Origin: Candidatus Anstonellales archaeon
GTDB lineage: Archaea > Micrarchaeota > Micrarchaeia > Anstonellales > J096
Length of the DNA: 64,000 bases
Assembly: GCA_038890745.1 (NCBI GenBank)
Contig: JAWAFD010000003.1
Coordinates: forward strand, 12,442 to 76,441
Direction: 5' to 3'
Shown here: in pieces, positions 49,543 to 59,834 of the stretch
How positions within the stretch are numbered: position 1 is the stretch's first letter
Layout of the letters: each line of letters begins with the position of its first letter
The notes under the pieces: generated by a model
Databases searched by the model: none
Seen by the model: only the letters and a program-made list of their open reading frames with translations
Told to the model about the DNA's origin: nothing
Position numbers and translations under genes: made by a program

Positions 49543-50303
49543 ACTGCCATCACCATAAGGGAGATGTTCAGAATAACAGAAACCGCAAGGGCCAGCTTAT
49601 CGCTCATTCTGAAATCAACAACATGATAGTGCGTTTTCTTTCCTTCTATGCTAAGCCCTCTTACCTCGAATGCAATCGCCCTTTCAAATGTTTCCACAAC
49701 ACTTCCGATTATTACCGGCCCGAGAAGCGGGATGTATGCTTTAAATCTATCCCCCAGGCTCCCCTTTATCCTCAACCCCCTCGCCATCTGCGCCTCAAGC
49801 ACCTTATTCGCTTTTGTATACATTAACGGAATTATCTGCAAGCCCGCATTCAGGAAAAAACCAAGTTTATAAGGCATTCCGAATTCTGCGAACGCAGCTG
49901 AAAGCTTCGCCGGGTTGGTTGTGAAAATAAAAAGAAAGAATGAGGAAACAAGAGCGCATATTTTGGAGAGCATCAAAAAACTGAATTCGATTCCCTGAAC
50001 ATATAATTTAATGCCGAAAAGTTCTATAGTTTCTTCTCCGCCCAGTGGAGCGAAGTATGCGTGCATGATCAGCAAACTTATTCCTATAGGAACTATGAAC
50101 ACAAGAAGGCTTTTGAAAAAAATGCCCCCAACCCTTCCTGCAAAAGCAAATACGATCATGAAAGCAAAAAATAAAAGCGGAACAAAAGGAGTCTTTGAAA
50201 CAAAGAAAAGAACAAAAGCAAAAAAAAGCCAGACTATCTTAACGCCGGGATGCATGCGGTGGATTGAGGTTTCCTTCTCCACAAAGCTTGCAAAAACAAC
50301 CAT
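49539..50303 (-). CDS. ecfT: ECF transporter T component
   Basis: AQMARG and FEVRG motifs. Confidence 0.88.
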   Translation of the reverse strand: MVVFASFVEKETSIHRMHPGVKIVWLFFAFVLFFVSKTPFVPLLFFAFMIVFAFAGRVGGIFFKSLLVFIVPIGISLLIMHAYFAPLGGEETIELFGIKLYVQGIEFSFLMLSKICALVSSFFLFIFTTNPAKLSAAFAEFGMPYKLGFFLNAGLQIIPLMYTKANKVLEAQMARGLRIKGSLGDRFKAYIPLLGPVIIGSVVETFERAIAFEVRGLSIEGKKTHYHVVDFRMSDKLALAVSVILNISLMVMAV

Positions 50304-50330
50304 AAAAATCAAAAACAAAAAGAAGAGAAT

Positions 50331-50927
50331 TTATTGTATGTATTTTTTGGGCATTGAGTTCGCTATCCAAAGTATGATATACAGGCTAAGTATCTTGTCT
50401 ATGAAATCAGTCACGAACTCTCCTAGGGCAACCGCAATCCAAAGCATTAAAGCATTCCCGTGTACCTCAGCACCCTGGAACCCCAAATACACATACGCAA
50501 CAGCATCTGCTCCTGAACCAGTAACTCCTCCAAACAGCATTACTGTTATTGGCACTGAGAGAACAGTAGCGACTATTGCTATCAAAAACCCAGCAAAAGC
50601 TATCTTTTTCCAGTCGCTTTTGAGCGTAATAAAACCTGTTCTGTACAGATATCCGGTCACGAGACCTATTGCAATGTTTACTATTGCGTATGGACCTGCT
50701 ACCGGGTCAAACGTAACCCATTTGATTAAATTCGTCAGCCCTCCAGCAACAGCAGCAGCCCAGGGGCCCACGAGCACAGCAACAAGCATCGTCCCTATCG
50801 TATCCAGCCATACTGGCAATTTCAGTGTTGCCGCAAACCATCCACCAACCCAGTTTACACCTATTGCAAGGATGATCAGCGCTATTCCAAAAACGCTGAA
50901 CTCCTCCAATACTCCTTTTCCCTTCAT
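50331..50927 (-). CDS. ECF transporter S component (probably nucleoside-binding)
   Basis: LPVWLDTIGT, GPW, FGGVTGSG, DK. Confidence 0.85.
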   Translation of the reverse strand: MKGKGVLEEFSVFGIALIILAIGVNWVGGWFAATLKLPVWLDTIGTMLVAVLVGPWAAAVAGGLTNLIKWVTFDPVAGPYAIVNIAIGLVTGYLYRTGFITLKSDWKKIAFAGFLIAIVATVLSVPITVMLFGGVTGSGADAVAYVYLGFQGAEVHGNALMLWIAVALGEFVTDFIDKILSLYIILWIANSMPKKYIQ

Positions 50928-51688
50928 TCTATCCCCTCCTCATAATTTTTTATGATTTTTACCGCATCAAGGGCGGTTTTTATCTCTCTTTTTTCACCTT
51001 CCATTCTTCTTTTTTCATGGTGAGCATAAGCATCTACGCCCCTTCTCACATCCACCATAAATTCATCAACAATATTCAACACGGAGCCAGCCTTAATTCC
51101 TTTTAGTTTTGATAGCACGAATAGAACAGATGTTTCCATATCGCTTGCTATCACCCCATACCTGCTCCAGTATTTCTGCCACTCTTTGTTGTACGGAACA
51201 TAAAAGGAATCATGGCTTCTGATTATTCCAGAGTGGAATCTTACTTTGTTTTTTTTCGCAGCCGCAACCAAAGCAGAATAAACCTCATAATCCGGAATGG
51301 CAGGGTAGTTTTCGTCAACATACAAAGAAGAGGTTCCCTCCTCCCTCACAGCTCCTTCTGGAATCACCAGTTCCCCAACCCTCATTTTATTCTGCAGTGC
51401 TCCGCACGAGCCGACCCTTATCAGCACCTTTGCCCCTATACTTGCAAGCTCTTCAACAACAATCGCCATCGCTGGCGCGCCTATTCCTGTTGAAACCGCG
51501 CTTACCTTTATCCCATCATAATAGCCAGTGATTGTTTTGAACTCTCTATTGTATTTTACAAGTTCTGCATTTTTTAAAAATTTAGATATAACATCAACCC
51601 TTCCAGGGTCTCCTGGGAGAAGAACAAAATCTCCTACATCCCTCCTTCTCAACTGCAAATGAGGCGTCAGCACATAGGAATATATCAA
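50924..51688 (-). CDS. udp: Uridine/nucleoside phosphorylase
   Basis: LPGDPGR, REF, STGIG, RVGSCG, DME. Confidence 0.9.
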   Translation of the reverse strand: MIYSYVLTPHLQLRRRDVGDFVLLPGDPGRVDVISKFLKNAELVKYNREFKTITGYYDGIKVSAVSTGIGAPAMAIVVEELASIGAKVLIRVGSCGALQNKMRVGELVIPEGAVREEGTSSLYVDENYPAIPDYEVYSALVAAAKKNKVRFHSGIIRSHDSFYVPYNKEWQKYWSRYGVIASDMETSVLFVLSKLKGIKAGSVLNIVDEFMVDVRRGVDAYAHHEKRRMEGEKREIKTALDAVKIIKNYEEGIE

Positions 51689-51722
51689 TAGAGTTTTAAA
51701 TGTTTTCCCATGCTAACTTTTC

Positions 51723-53003
51723 ATGCTTCTAATAAAAAATGTTCTCATTGTAACGCAGAACGCAAAAAGGGAAATCCTCCGTGGAAATATCCTGATAGAG
51801 GGGAACAAAATAAAATCTGTCGGAAGCGCGAAGAAATTAGAGGGAGCGAGGGAAGTAATAGATGGTCAGAATTTAGTTGCGATTCCTGGCTTCATAAACA
51901 CAAGCACCCACATCCCCATGACGTTTTTTAGAGGGTATGGTGGTGGGCTTCCGTTGCAGGAATGGCTTGAAAAGAAGATCTGGCCTGCTGAAAGGAAGCT
52001 CACAAATGAGGATCTGTACTGGGGGGCCATGCTTGGAATAGCAGAAAGCTTGCATTCTGGAATCACAACATTTCTTGATATGTACATCAAGGACATCAAT
52101 TACATCGGAAAAGCCATAGAGCATTCCGGAATAAGAGGGTTTATTTCTCTTGGAATGATGGATGTTGGAGGAATAAGCGGGGGCATAAGCGAGCAGCTAA
52201 AAAAAACAGAAGAGGTAAGAAGAAGATGGGAAAAAAGCGAACGCGTCAGCGTTGCTGTAGCATGCCACGCGCCTTACACATGCAGCGCAGAACTCATTAA
52301 AGAAGCAAAGAACTACGCAAACAAACATGGGCTGGTGTTCCACATCCATGCCGCTGAAACAAGAAAAGAGGTTTTTGATATCTTGAAAGAAAATAAAATG
52401 CGAGTTATAGAATACCTAGATTCACTCGGTGTTCTTGATGATAAAACAATTCTGGCGCATGCATCCTGGGTGACAAAAAGAGAGATAGGGATTGTTGCAA
52501 AGAGGGGGGCGCATGTAAGCGCAAACACCATCTCAAACCTGAAGCTTGCAACAGGAGGGATCTGCCCTCTTTTGGAATACAAAAACGCAGGCGCGAATGT
52601 TACGCTTGCTACGGACGGCGCATCAAGCAACAATTCCCTCAACATGTTTGAAACAATGAAGGTCTCTTCCCTTCTGCAGAAACATTCGCACTGGGATGCA
52701 AAGGCGATAAGCGCTCAGGATGCTTTGGATTTTGCGACCATCAATGGTGCGAAAGCACTCGGGATAAATGCAGGGAGCATAGAGGAGGGAAAGCTTGCGG
52801 ACATCGTTCTGCTGAAACTTGATTCAAACCTAATCCCTATTCACGATATAGTGGATAACATTGTTTATGCTGGCAATCCTTCAAATGTTGCGTATGTGAT
52901 TGTTGATGGAAGGGTTGTTCTTAGAAATGGAAGGCTTACTTTTTTTGATGAGAATGAGGCAAAAAAGCAGGTCCAGATTCGGGCTGAAAGGTTGTGTAGA
53001 TGA
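51723..53003 (+). CDS. Amidohydrolase, MTA/SAH/5'-deoxyadenosine deaminase-like
   Basis: WLEKKIWPAE, HAPY, HIHAAET, SNLKLA, TDGASSNN. Confidence 0.85.
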   Translation: MLLIKNVLIVTQNAKREILRGNILIEGNKIKSVGSAKKLEGAREVIDGQNLVAIPGFINTSTHIPMTFFRGYGGGLPLQEWLEKKIWPAERKLTNEDLYWGAMLGIAESLHSGITTFLDMYIKDINYIGKAIEHSGIRGFISLGMMDVGGISGGISEQLKKTEEVRRRWEKSERVSVAVACHAPYTCSAELIKEAKNYANKHGLVFHIHAAETRKEVFDILKENKMRVIEYLDSLGVLDDKTILAHASWVTKREIGIVAKRGAHVSANTISNLKLATGGICPLLEYKNAGANVTLATDGASSNNSLNMFETMKVSSLLQKHSHWDAKAISAQDALDFATINGAKALGINAGSIEEGKLADIVLLKLDSNLIPIHDIVDNIVYAGNPSNVAYVIVDGRVVLRNGRLTFFDENEAKKQVQIRAERLCR

Positions 53004-53746
53004 TAGAGATAGATGAGGCGAAGGTTCTCAGCTGGTTTTTAAAACCTGAAAAAATTTCAAACAGAATAAAATTTTCTAATTTTAGGATAGATAGCAACAA
53101 AGAGGTTATGCTGTTTGATGAGAAGAAAAACACAACAGACAACCTTACGCAAAAATTGGGCGTTAAAGGAAAGATGTTCCTTTCGCATGAAGAGGAGGAG
53201 CGAGCCTCTGTTTTCTTTTTTCAGGAGGGGGAGGACGCATGCAAGCGTATTGATTTCTTTTTTCCGAAGGAAGGTGGAATGGCCATGGATGTTGCTGACT
53301 ATTCCTTGGGTTTCAAGCTTTCAAAAAATTTTTCAGCGCACGCAAAAGAAAGATCGATGATAGTTGTTGATACAGAAAACAAAAAATACATATTCATAAA
53401 TTCGCGCGGGGAGAGCTATTCCTCTGATATTGAGATAGAAAAGAATGCGTTTTGTTTTGTGATGGATGAGAACCGCGCAGCGATCGTGGATAGGAAACGA
53501 CTTTACGTAATAGTAGGTGGAAGCAGAGGAATGTACGACCTGGCAGATGTGGAGAAAGAAAATGGCTATCCGCTCTCAAAACCGGTATTTGGAGTAGGTG
53601 AGGCAGAGGGGTTTGAGTGGTTTGCATTAAGCGATGAGAGATGGAATTCTGCATGCATCCTTGTTTCAGTTGGGGATAGAGAAACCCTTGGGTTTATGAT
53701 TTATGAATTCAAAAATAAAAAGTTCATTCCGGGAGATGTGAAATAA
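53000..53746 (+). CDS. Hypothetical protein
   Basis: Start overlaps the upstream stop; 248 aa. Confidence 0.65.
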   Translation: MIEIDEAKVLSWFLKPEKISNRIKFSNFRIDSNKEVMLFDEKKNTTDNLTQKLGVKGKMFLSHEEEERASVFFFQEGEDACKRIDFFFPKEGGMAMDVADYSLGFKLSKNFSAHAKERSMIVVDTENKKYIFINSRGESYSSDIEIEKNAFCFVMDENRAAIVDRKRLYVIVGGSRGMYDLADVEKENGYPLSKPVFGVGEAEGFEWFALSDERWNSACILVSVGDRETLGFMIYEFKNKKFIPGDVK

Positions 53747-54049
53747 TTTTTTTTGGTTCAACAACAGTTATTGTTATATCGCCCCGGCTTACATAATAAA
53801 CATCTTTTCCTTTTTCCGGTTTTGCATACACGCCAGTAAGCCAGTAGAATTCTGCATGCATCCTTGTTTCAGTTGGGGATAGAGAAACCCTTGGGTTTAT
53901 GATTTATGAATTCAAAAATAAAAAGTTCATTCCGGGAGATGTGAAATAATTTTTTTTGGTTCAACAACAGTTATTGTTATATCGCCCCGGCTTACATAAT
54001 AAACATCTTTTCCTTTTTCCGGTTTTGCATACACGCCAGTAAGCCAGTA
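53644..54049. repeat. Perfect 203-bp tandem duplication
   Basis: 53644-53846 is identical by eye to 53847-54049. Confidence 0.92.
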
Positions 54050-54661
54050 GTAAGGGGTTCCGTCTGGGTCTATTCTTTTCACGATCCTTGGGTTTAACCT
54101 ATGCGGCTGTGGCTTTGCAAAAACGATCCTCGTTTTCCTTGTGAACCTTTCAGGCAGATTAACATTCAACACCATGCCTTTTTTTACCCTATAATTTTTG
54201 ATTATCCTTTTTATCCACTCTGCCATTACCTCCCTGTCCTTCCATTTCCAGTCTGGCTCTTTCCAATGGCCTTTTTTAACCCTTGAAAATGCCATTGCAG
54301 GAATGCCGAAAAGAGCTGCCTCAATCGCACCGCCAACAGTTCCAGAAGAGAATATGGAATGCAAACTTGTGTTATCCCCTAGGTTCACCCCGGATATGAC
54401 AAGATCCAATTTTTTCAATCCGTATTTTCCGATCGCAAAATAAACACAATCAGCAGGGGTTCCGTTTATCACATATACATTCTTTGCTATCCTGTTTACC
54501 CTCGCCGGTTTATGGAATGTCATGGATTTGCTAACTGCACTGCTCTGTCTCTCCGGAAAAATCCCAACAACCTCTTCATCAAACTCCTTTGCAACATCCA
54601 TTAGTGTTTTTGCTGATTCCGTATACCCATCATCATTCGTTACCAGTATCATATCTTTCAC
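53927..54661 (-). CDS. surE: 5'/3'-nucleotidase SurE
   Basis: ILVTNDDG, GTPADCV, SGVNLG.N, SGTVG. Confidence 0.95.
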   Translation of the reverse strand: MKDMILVTNDDGYTESAKTLMDVAKEFDEEVVGIFPERQSSAVSKSMTFHKPARVNRIAKNVYVINGTPADCVYFAIGKYGLKKLDLVISGVNLGDNTSLHSIFSSGTVGGAIEAALFGIPAMAFSRVKKGHWKEPDWKWKDREVMAEWIKRIIKNYRVKKGMVLNVNLPERFTRKTRIVFAKPQPHRLNPRIVKRIDPDGTPYYWLTGVYAKPEKGKDVYYVSRGDITITVVEPKKIISHLPE

Positions 54662-54665
54662 TCTA

Positions 54666-55946
54666 TTAGGGGTATATTCTCATCCTGTCCCTTGGGAACA
54701 GCATTGCCTCCCTTATGTTTTTCATCCCGGTTATCGTCATCGTAAGCCTCTCAAGGCCGAAGCTCCAGCCTGCGTGCGGAGGAGCGCCATACCTGAAAGC
54801 ATCTATATAAAATTCAAAATCCAACGGGTCCAGCCCCCTTTTCCTTATCTGTTTTTCTAGCAGTTCGGGGATGTGGATTCGCTGAGCACCGCTCGCTATC
54901 TCTATCCCCCTGTACATTAAATCATAAGCTCTGCATATTTCTTCGTTATCTTCATAAGGCATGGAATAGAAAGCCCTGACCTTTGTGGGCCAGTCCTTTA
55001 TCACAAATGCCTCTTCCCCAAGGAGCTCATAAAGCTTTTTCTCAGCCTCCTTTGAGAAATCCTCTCCCCATTCCATCCTGTGTTTGTTCTCATTTAAAAG
55101 CTCAACAAGTTCGGTGTAGGTGTATATGTTTACTTTTTTTATCTCTTTAAATTCCTTGTTTAGGATGCTTACGTCTTCTTTGTCTATTCTTTTTAGCATC
55201 TCCTTGAAAACATGTATCAACATCTCTATTGCTTCTTTATCGGTATAGAATGCTGCCTCTATATCCATCTGTATTATCTCGTTCAAATGGGTTGTGGTGT
55301 TATGTTTTTCTGCCCTAAAGACCGGAGTTGTGATAAAAACCTTTTCCAATCCGCCGATTACTGCAAGCTGTTTATATATCTGCGGGCTCTGGGCGAGGTA
55401 TGCTTTCTGCTCAAAATATTGTATGGGAAAAACATCAGCCCCTCCTTCGCTAGCCGCGGCTATTATGACAGATGGATGGATTTCAATAAACCCTTTCTCC
55501 AAAAGTGCATTCCTAAAAGCATTTACAATCTGGGATTTTATTCTGAATATTGTTTCAACATTTTTCTTTCTTAAGTCTATGAATCTATAGTTTAACCTTG
55601 TGTCGAGCTCGCTGTCCACTACCCCTGTTGGGTCAACGGGAAGCTTTTTTGTAACCTTTCCAAGAAGCTTAAATTTTTTAGGAACGATCTCCACCCCATC
55701 CGGTGCAATCTTGTTCTCAACAACCTCACCCTGCACACAAACAACATCCTCTTTATTCACATCCATCGCATTCAAAACTTCCTCGCTCACCTTTCCCTGC
55801 TTTGCAGTAATCTGAATCATTCCAGTCCAATCCCTGAGTAAAACAAACTTAAGCCTTCCAAGGTTTCTTACCTCATGAACCCATCCGCATACGCTTACTT
55901 CGCCCTTCTTTTCCTTCGCCTCTGCAACCGTGTGTTCTTTAAGCAT
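54666..55946 (-). CDS. aspS: Aspartate--tRNA ligase (non-discriminating signature)
   Basis: YLAQSPQ, FRAEK, GAQR, GAPPHAG..GLER. Confidence 0.95.
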   Translation of the reverse strand: MLKEHTVAEAKEKKGEVSVCGWVHEVRNLGRLKFVLLRDWTGMIQITAKQGKVSEEVLNAMDVNKEDVVCVQGEVVENKIAPDGVEIVPKKFKLLGKVTKKLPVDPTGVVDSELDTRLNYRFIDLRKKNVETIFRIKSQIVNAFRNALLEKGFIEIHPSVIIAAASEGGADVFPIQYFEQKAYLAQSPQIYKQLAVIGGLEKVFITTPVFRAEKHNTTTHLNEIIQMDIEAAFYTDKEAIEMLIHVFKEMLKRIDKEDVSILNKEFKEIKKVNIYTYTELVELLNENKHRMEWGEDFSKEAEKKLYELLGEEAFVIKDWPTKVRAFYSMPYEDNEEICRAYDLMYRGIEIASGAQRIHIPELLEKQIRKRGLDPLDFEFYIDAFRYGAPPHAGWSFGLERLTMTITGMKNIREAMLFPRDRMRIYP

Positions 55947-55988
55947 GAGGAAGGATGAGAAGAAAGTATTTTTAAATGCTTATAATAG

Positions 55989-56831
55989 TTATCCGCGCCT
56001 CCTCTGTTTATGTTTTGTTCCTTTGAATCCCGTAGGATAAAGATAATAAAAATTGGTCTGGTTTCTCTCTTTTAACTCATCTTTTATTCGTTGCTCAATT
56101 CTGTAAAGAACCTCTTTTCTATTATTCTTATCCCTATCTTCCCATCTATTCATTATTACTCTAGCGTACTGTGATTTTTTTCCTATTTCAAAAAGTGCAT
56201 CCTCAAACAATGGATCCTCCAGCACATGGAATATAAGAGGCCGGACTATTTCCCCAACGCGCCCCCTATTCTCTTTTTCAACATTTTCATAAATACCTAA
56301 GATAGTTCTTAATATGGTTTTCCTAAGGATGGTTCTTTCAATATCATTTTTCTCATCCACTATCCTATCTCTAATATAATATATTGCTTTGCAGAATATG
56401 GAGGGGTTTTTGCTTATAATCTCTTTAATGATTTCAAAGGGCTCTTCCCCAGTGTTTCTGAAAATTTTTTTACATACACACCTCAATATAACCTCGCTGT
56501 TTGTTTCGTTAGTGGCCAGACTTATGAGGATATACTTCGCATTTTCCCTTCTAACAGAATCCAGTTTTTCATCCTTTTCATAAAAACACAGTCCTTTTGC
56601 TAGTTTATCAAAAACACCCAAACTTATCTTAGTTAGTTTTGTAAAAATTTCAAGAAGTGGCTTCTGGTTATAAGTCTTCCCCATTATCTCAGGATTGGTC
56701 AGAACCTCTGCTATCAGATGCGGGTATTTTCTATTCCTACCAGCTATTCTCAATATTTCTTTCTTGTACTCATCATACGGAAGGCCTGAGGCAATGATAA
56801 AAATATCACTTTTGGTTACTTTACCCACCAT
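55989..56831 (-). CDS. Orphan helical protein with a basic C-terminal tail
   Basis: 280-aa ORF with its own TATA box; no motif recognised. Confidence 0.7.
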   Translation of the reverse strand: MVGKVTKSDIFIIASGLPYDEYKKEILRIAGRNRKYPHLIAEVLTNPEIMGKTYNQKPLLEIFTKLTKISLGVFDKLAKGLCFYEKDEKLDSVRRENAKYILISLATNETNSEVILRCVCKKIFRNTGEEPFEIIKEIISKNPSIFCKAIYYIRDRIVDEKNDIERTILRKTILRTILGIYENVEKENRGRVGEIVRPLIFHVLEDPLFEDALFEIGKKSQYARVIMNRWEDRDKNNRKEVLYRIEQRIKDELKERNQTNFYYLYPTGFKGTKHKQRRRG

Positions 56832-56857
56832 ACTATAATTTGTTATGCAAAAAGAAT

Positions 56858-57640
56858 TTAAATGGTTTGTCTTAGCAAAATTATGCTCAGGGCCATTACA
56901 ACCATCCCAAGCACAATTCCGAAAATTTCTATCTCCTCTGCCCTTCTTCTCATGGCGCGCGGGATTATCTCGTCAAAGGATACAAAAACCATAACTCCGG
57001 CAACGCAAGCAAGGGAAAGATTAAGGATGTATGGGGTCAAAAAAGGATAGAGAAAAACAAACCCAAGAATCGCCCCCAAAGGTTCTGCAAAGCCCGAGAG
57101 CGCAGAAATTATAAAAGCCTTTTTCCTGCTGCCTGTTGCATGAAATATGGGAACAGAAACAGCGATTCCCTCCGGGATATTATGAATCGCGATTGCGATA
57201 GCTAATGGTATGGCAATGGCGGTCTCTTTTGCAGAGGTTAGGAATACGGCAAGCCCCTCTGGAATGTTATGCAATGCTAAACCAATAGCAACAACCATGC
57301 CTGTTTTTAGAAGCATTCTTTTTTTCCAAAGCCCTTCGTTGCACATTATCCCCTCAAAATGCTGATGGGGTAGGAACCGCTCAACAAAAAATGCGAGGGC
57401 AATTCCAAAGAAGAACGCAACATTAGCGGTCATAAGACCTATCTCCTGCACAGCTCCATTAAGGATCTCTGCAAATGAGATGTATATCATGGCCCCGGCT
57501 GAGAAACCCATGTAGAAAGGCAGATATTCTCCGGTGCATCCTTTTCTGCAGAAAACCACGCACGCCCCAAGCGCTGTTGATAAGCCAGCAAGAAAAGACA
57601 AAATAATTCCAAAATGAGCAGCATCCATGAAGGATTTCAC
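56858..57640 (-). CDS. zupT: ZIP-family zinc transporter
   Basis: Two HNIPEG motifs. Confidence 0.92.
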   Translation of the reverse strand: MKSFMDAAHFGIILSFLAGLSTALGACVVFCRKGCTGEYLPFYMGFSAGAMIYISFAEILNGAVQEIGLMTANVAFFFGIALAFFVERFLPHQHFEGIMCNEGLWKKRMLLKTGMVVAIGLALHNIPEGLAVFLTSAKETAIAIPLAIAIAIHNIPEGIAVSVPIFHATGSRKKAFIISALSGFAEPLGAILGFVFLYPFLTPYILNLSLACVAGVMVFVSFDEIIPRAMRRRAEEIEIFGIVLGMVVMALSIILLRQTI

Positions 57641-58122
57641 CTTTTATACCCAAGCTTCCTCAAAAACTCTTTCCTCTCCTTTTTATCCTCTTCTTTTTCA
57701 ACCCCAGCAGGTTTCCCACCATCTATTACCCCCAAAATCCCTCTTCCTTCCTTTGTTTCCGCGACTATTACCTGCAAAGGGTTTGCTGTTGCAGCGTATA
57801 TGCTGCAGACCTCGCTCACGTTTTTTATTCTGTTCAAAACATTTACCGGAAATCCGTTCTTTAAGAAAACAATGAAACTATGCCCGGCGCCTATTTTCAG
57901 GGCTTCTTTTTCTGCATGCTTGACCAACTCCTCATCGTTTCCATCGCTCCTTATCAGTTTTTTTCCGCTCGATTCGCAGAATGCAATCCCAAATTTTATT
58001 CCGATTCCACTCTCTCCAATCGTTTCGTACACATCCTCAACTGTTTTTATGAAATGGCTCTGCCCTAAAATCACATTGCACCCTTCTGGAATTTTTATCT
58101 CCACAACCTTTATCTCAACCAT
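57637..58122 (-). CDS. Adenosine-specific kinase family (DUF355)
   Basis: [30 protein letters not shown]. Confidence 0.9.
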   Translation of the reverse strand: MVEIKVVEIKIPEGCNVILGQSHFIKTVEDVYETIGESGIGIKFGIAFCESSGKKLIRSDGNDEELVKHAEKEALKIGAGHSFIVFLKNGFPVNVLNRIKNVSEVCSIYAATANPLQVIVAETKEGRGILGVIDGGKPAGVEKEEDKKERKEFLRKLGYKR

Positions 58123-58136
58123 CCTCTCACCCCATT

Positions 58137-58664
58137 TTATAATTCAAGTTCCTTTATTATTCTGCTCGTTTTAAATTTTTTTTCATTCAGCGATTTTTTC
58201 AGTTTAACAATCCTCGCGCCCTCAACATGAAACTCCTTCTGATCATACCCAAAAACAACCACATCCGGCTTAACAAGTTTTATCGTGTCCTCAAATTTGC
58301 TTTTTCCAACAATCGCCAAATCAACAGGCTTTAAAGCATTCACAATAAACGCCCGGTATTCCTGATTGTTTACAGGTTTTCTTTTTTTGAATTTCTTAAC
58401 TGTTTTATCCGTAGCCACAACCACAACCAGAACATCGCCTAACTTTTTAGCTTCATAAAGAGTAAAGATATGACCTGCATGCAGGATGTCAAAAACCCCT
58501 CCTGTTAGAACCACTTTTATCTTCCTCCTTTCATCCTCCCTCAAAAAATACCTCCCGCCAATTTTGTCCAACATCATCTTTTCGTCTATACTGAGCGTTC
58601 TGTATATTCTTTCAGGAATCCCACCGTATTTCAACTGAAGGATAAAAAGCTCCTTTGCAGGCAT
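58137..58664 (-). CDS. ribL: FAD synthase RibL-like cytidylyltransferase
   Basis: [21 protein letters not shown]. Confidence 0.8.
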   Translation of the reverse strand: MPAKELFILQLKYGGIPERIYRTLSIDEKMMLDKIGGRYFLREDERRKIKVVLTGGVFDILHAGHIFTLYEAKKLGDVLVVVVATDKTVKKFKKRKPVNNQEYRAFIVNALKPVDLAIVGKSKFEDTIKLVKPDVVVFGYDQKEFHVEGARIVKLKKSLNEKKFKTSRIIKELEL

Positions 58665-58687
58665 GTAAAAAAATTGGAAACAAAGTT

Positions 58688-59068
58688 TTATAACCTCTCT
58701 CTTTTCTCGGCTATTCTTGAGGATGCGTAAAGCACCATTGCGATCGTAAAAAGCGCGGCGGCTTCGCCCATCATTAAAAATGTCAGCGATTCAAGCGGCT
58801 TGTCCCATATTGTATTGTGGAGAATTTGGTAGGGTCTAAGATTCCAAAGTTCTGGTTTTATTCTCATCGGTAGGTCCACCAGACTTCCAAAAATAGTTTT
58901 AGCCATTGGTTCAGGAATCATAAAAAGAGCGATAAATTGGAAGGGAACGGTTGTAAGCCCAAGGAGAGAAAAGTCACCAAGCTGCATAAGTTTCTCGGAT
59001 AGAGGGGGTGTATTTTGAAATGCCCTGGTTTCTTTACCTTCTTCTCTATGTATTTTGTTTTTTTGCAT
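58688..59068 (-). CDS. Orphan membrane protein
   Basis: ATG 59068 lies 29 nt after TTTATA; two hydrophobic segments. Confidence 0.6.
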   Translation of the reverse strand: MQKNKIHREEGKETRAFQNTPPLSEKLMQLGDFSLLGLTTVPFQFIALFMIPEPMAKTIFGSLVDLPMRIKPELWNLRPYQILHNTIWDKPLESLTFLMMGEAAALFTIAMVLYASSRIAEKRERL

Positions 59069-59144
59069 GGTTTTTTTTGTGCATAAAAAATTATAAAAAC
59101 CCATCGGAAGAACGAATAAAAACTCTTTCCTCCATTATCTTTTC

Positions 59145-59834
59145 ATGCCCGAGGAAAAGCCCGTTACGAAGGATGCACAAAAACAGGAAAAACCAAAAGA
59201 AGAGACGCAGCAAGCAGTGGGTATGCCAAACCCCCGAAAAATAAGCTCAATCGTAATTGCCCTTGATGATTATAACGATATATTCTCTGATTTTGACCTT
59301 AGCCCATACCAACAGAGGCTTCTTTCCGACGACTTTTTAAAGGAGATACAGAAAAGATATGTTGAAAGCAAGAAGGGTGATATCGAAGTAAAATTTTCTC
59401 TTCCTGCTGCTTTGAGGGACCAAAAAATTGAAGGGATAATAAAAAAGCGTCTCAGAGAATACTTTAATTTTCAAGTAAAGGAGTTGGACGAGGAGATTAG
59501 AAAAAGAAGGATAAACGGAGCAGTGTATATTGTTGTTGGCTTTTTCCTTCTCGCGATAGAGTATGGTTTGGCCGAAGGGCATTTTACAGAATCAATTCCA
59601 CGAGCCATTGGAATTCTCCTCCTACCGGCTGGATGGTTCAGCATGTGGAACGGGCTTGAGCTTCTCATACAAATCCCGGAAAAGATATCTGAACAGAGAA
59701 AGCTTTATAGAAAATTTGCTAAGGCCGACTACCTCTTTGTTTCTGAAGAAGAGCTTGAGGAGATGGAAAAGAAAGAGCAGGAACAGATAAAGCAAAAATG
59801 GGCAGAACAGACTCGCTTGAGCATTGTTCCATAA
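59145..59834 (+). CDS. Conserved hypothetical membrane protein
   Basis: YNDIFSDFD..R.LS.DFL motif and two TMs. Confidence 0.75.
   Translation: MPEEKPVTKDAQKQEKPKEETQQAVGMPNPRKISSIVIALDDYNDIFSDFDLSPYQQRLLSDDFLKEIQKRYVESKKGDIEVKFSLPAALRDQKIEGIIKKRLREYFNFQVKELDEEIRKRRINGAVYIVVGFFLLAIEYGLAEGHFTESIPRAIGILLLPAGWFSMWNGLELLIQIPEKISEQRKLYRKFAKADYLFVSEEELEEMEKKEQEQIKQKWAEQTRLSIVP

Noticed and set aside
43307..50955. Long antisense ORFs (43307-43888, 50011-50955 and similar)
   Set aside because: They mirror well-supported genes on the opposite strand and show no motifs.
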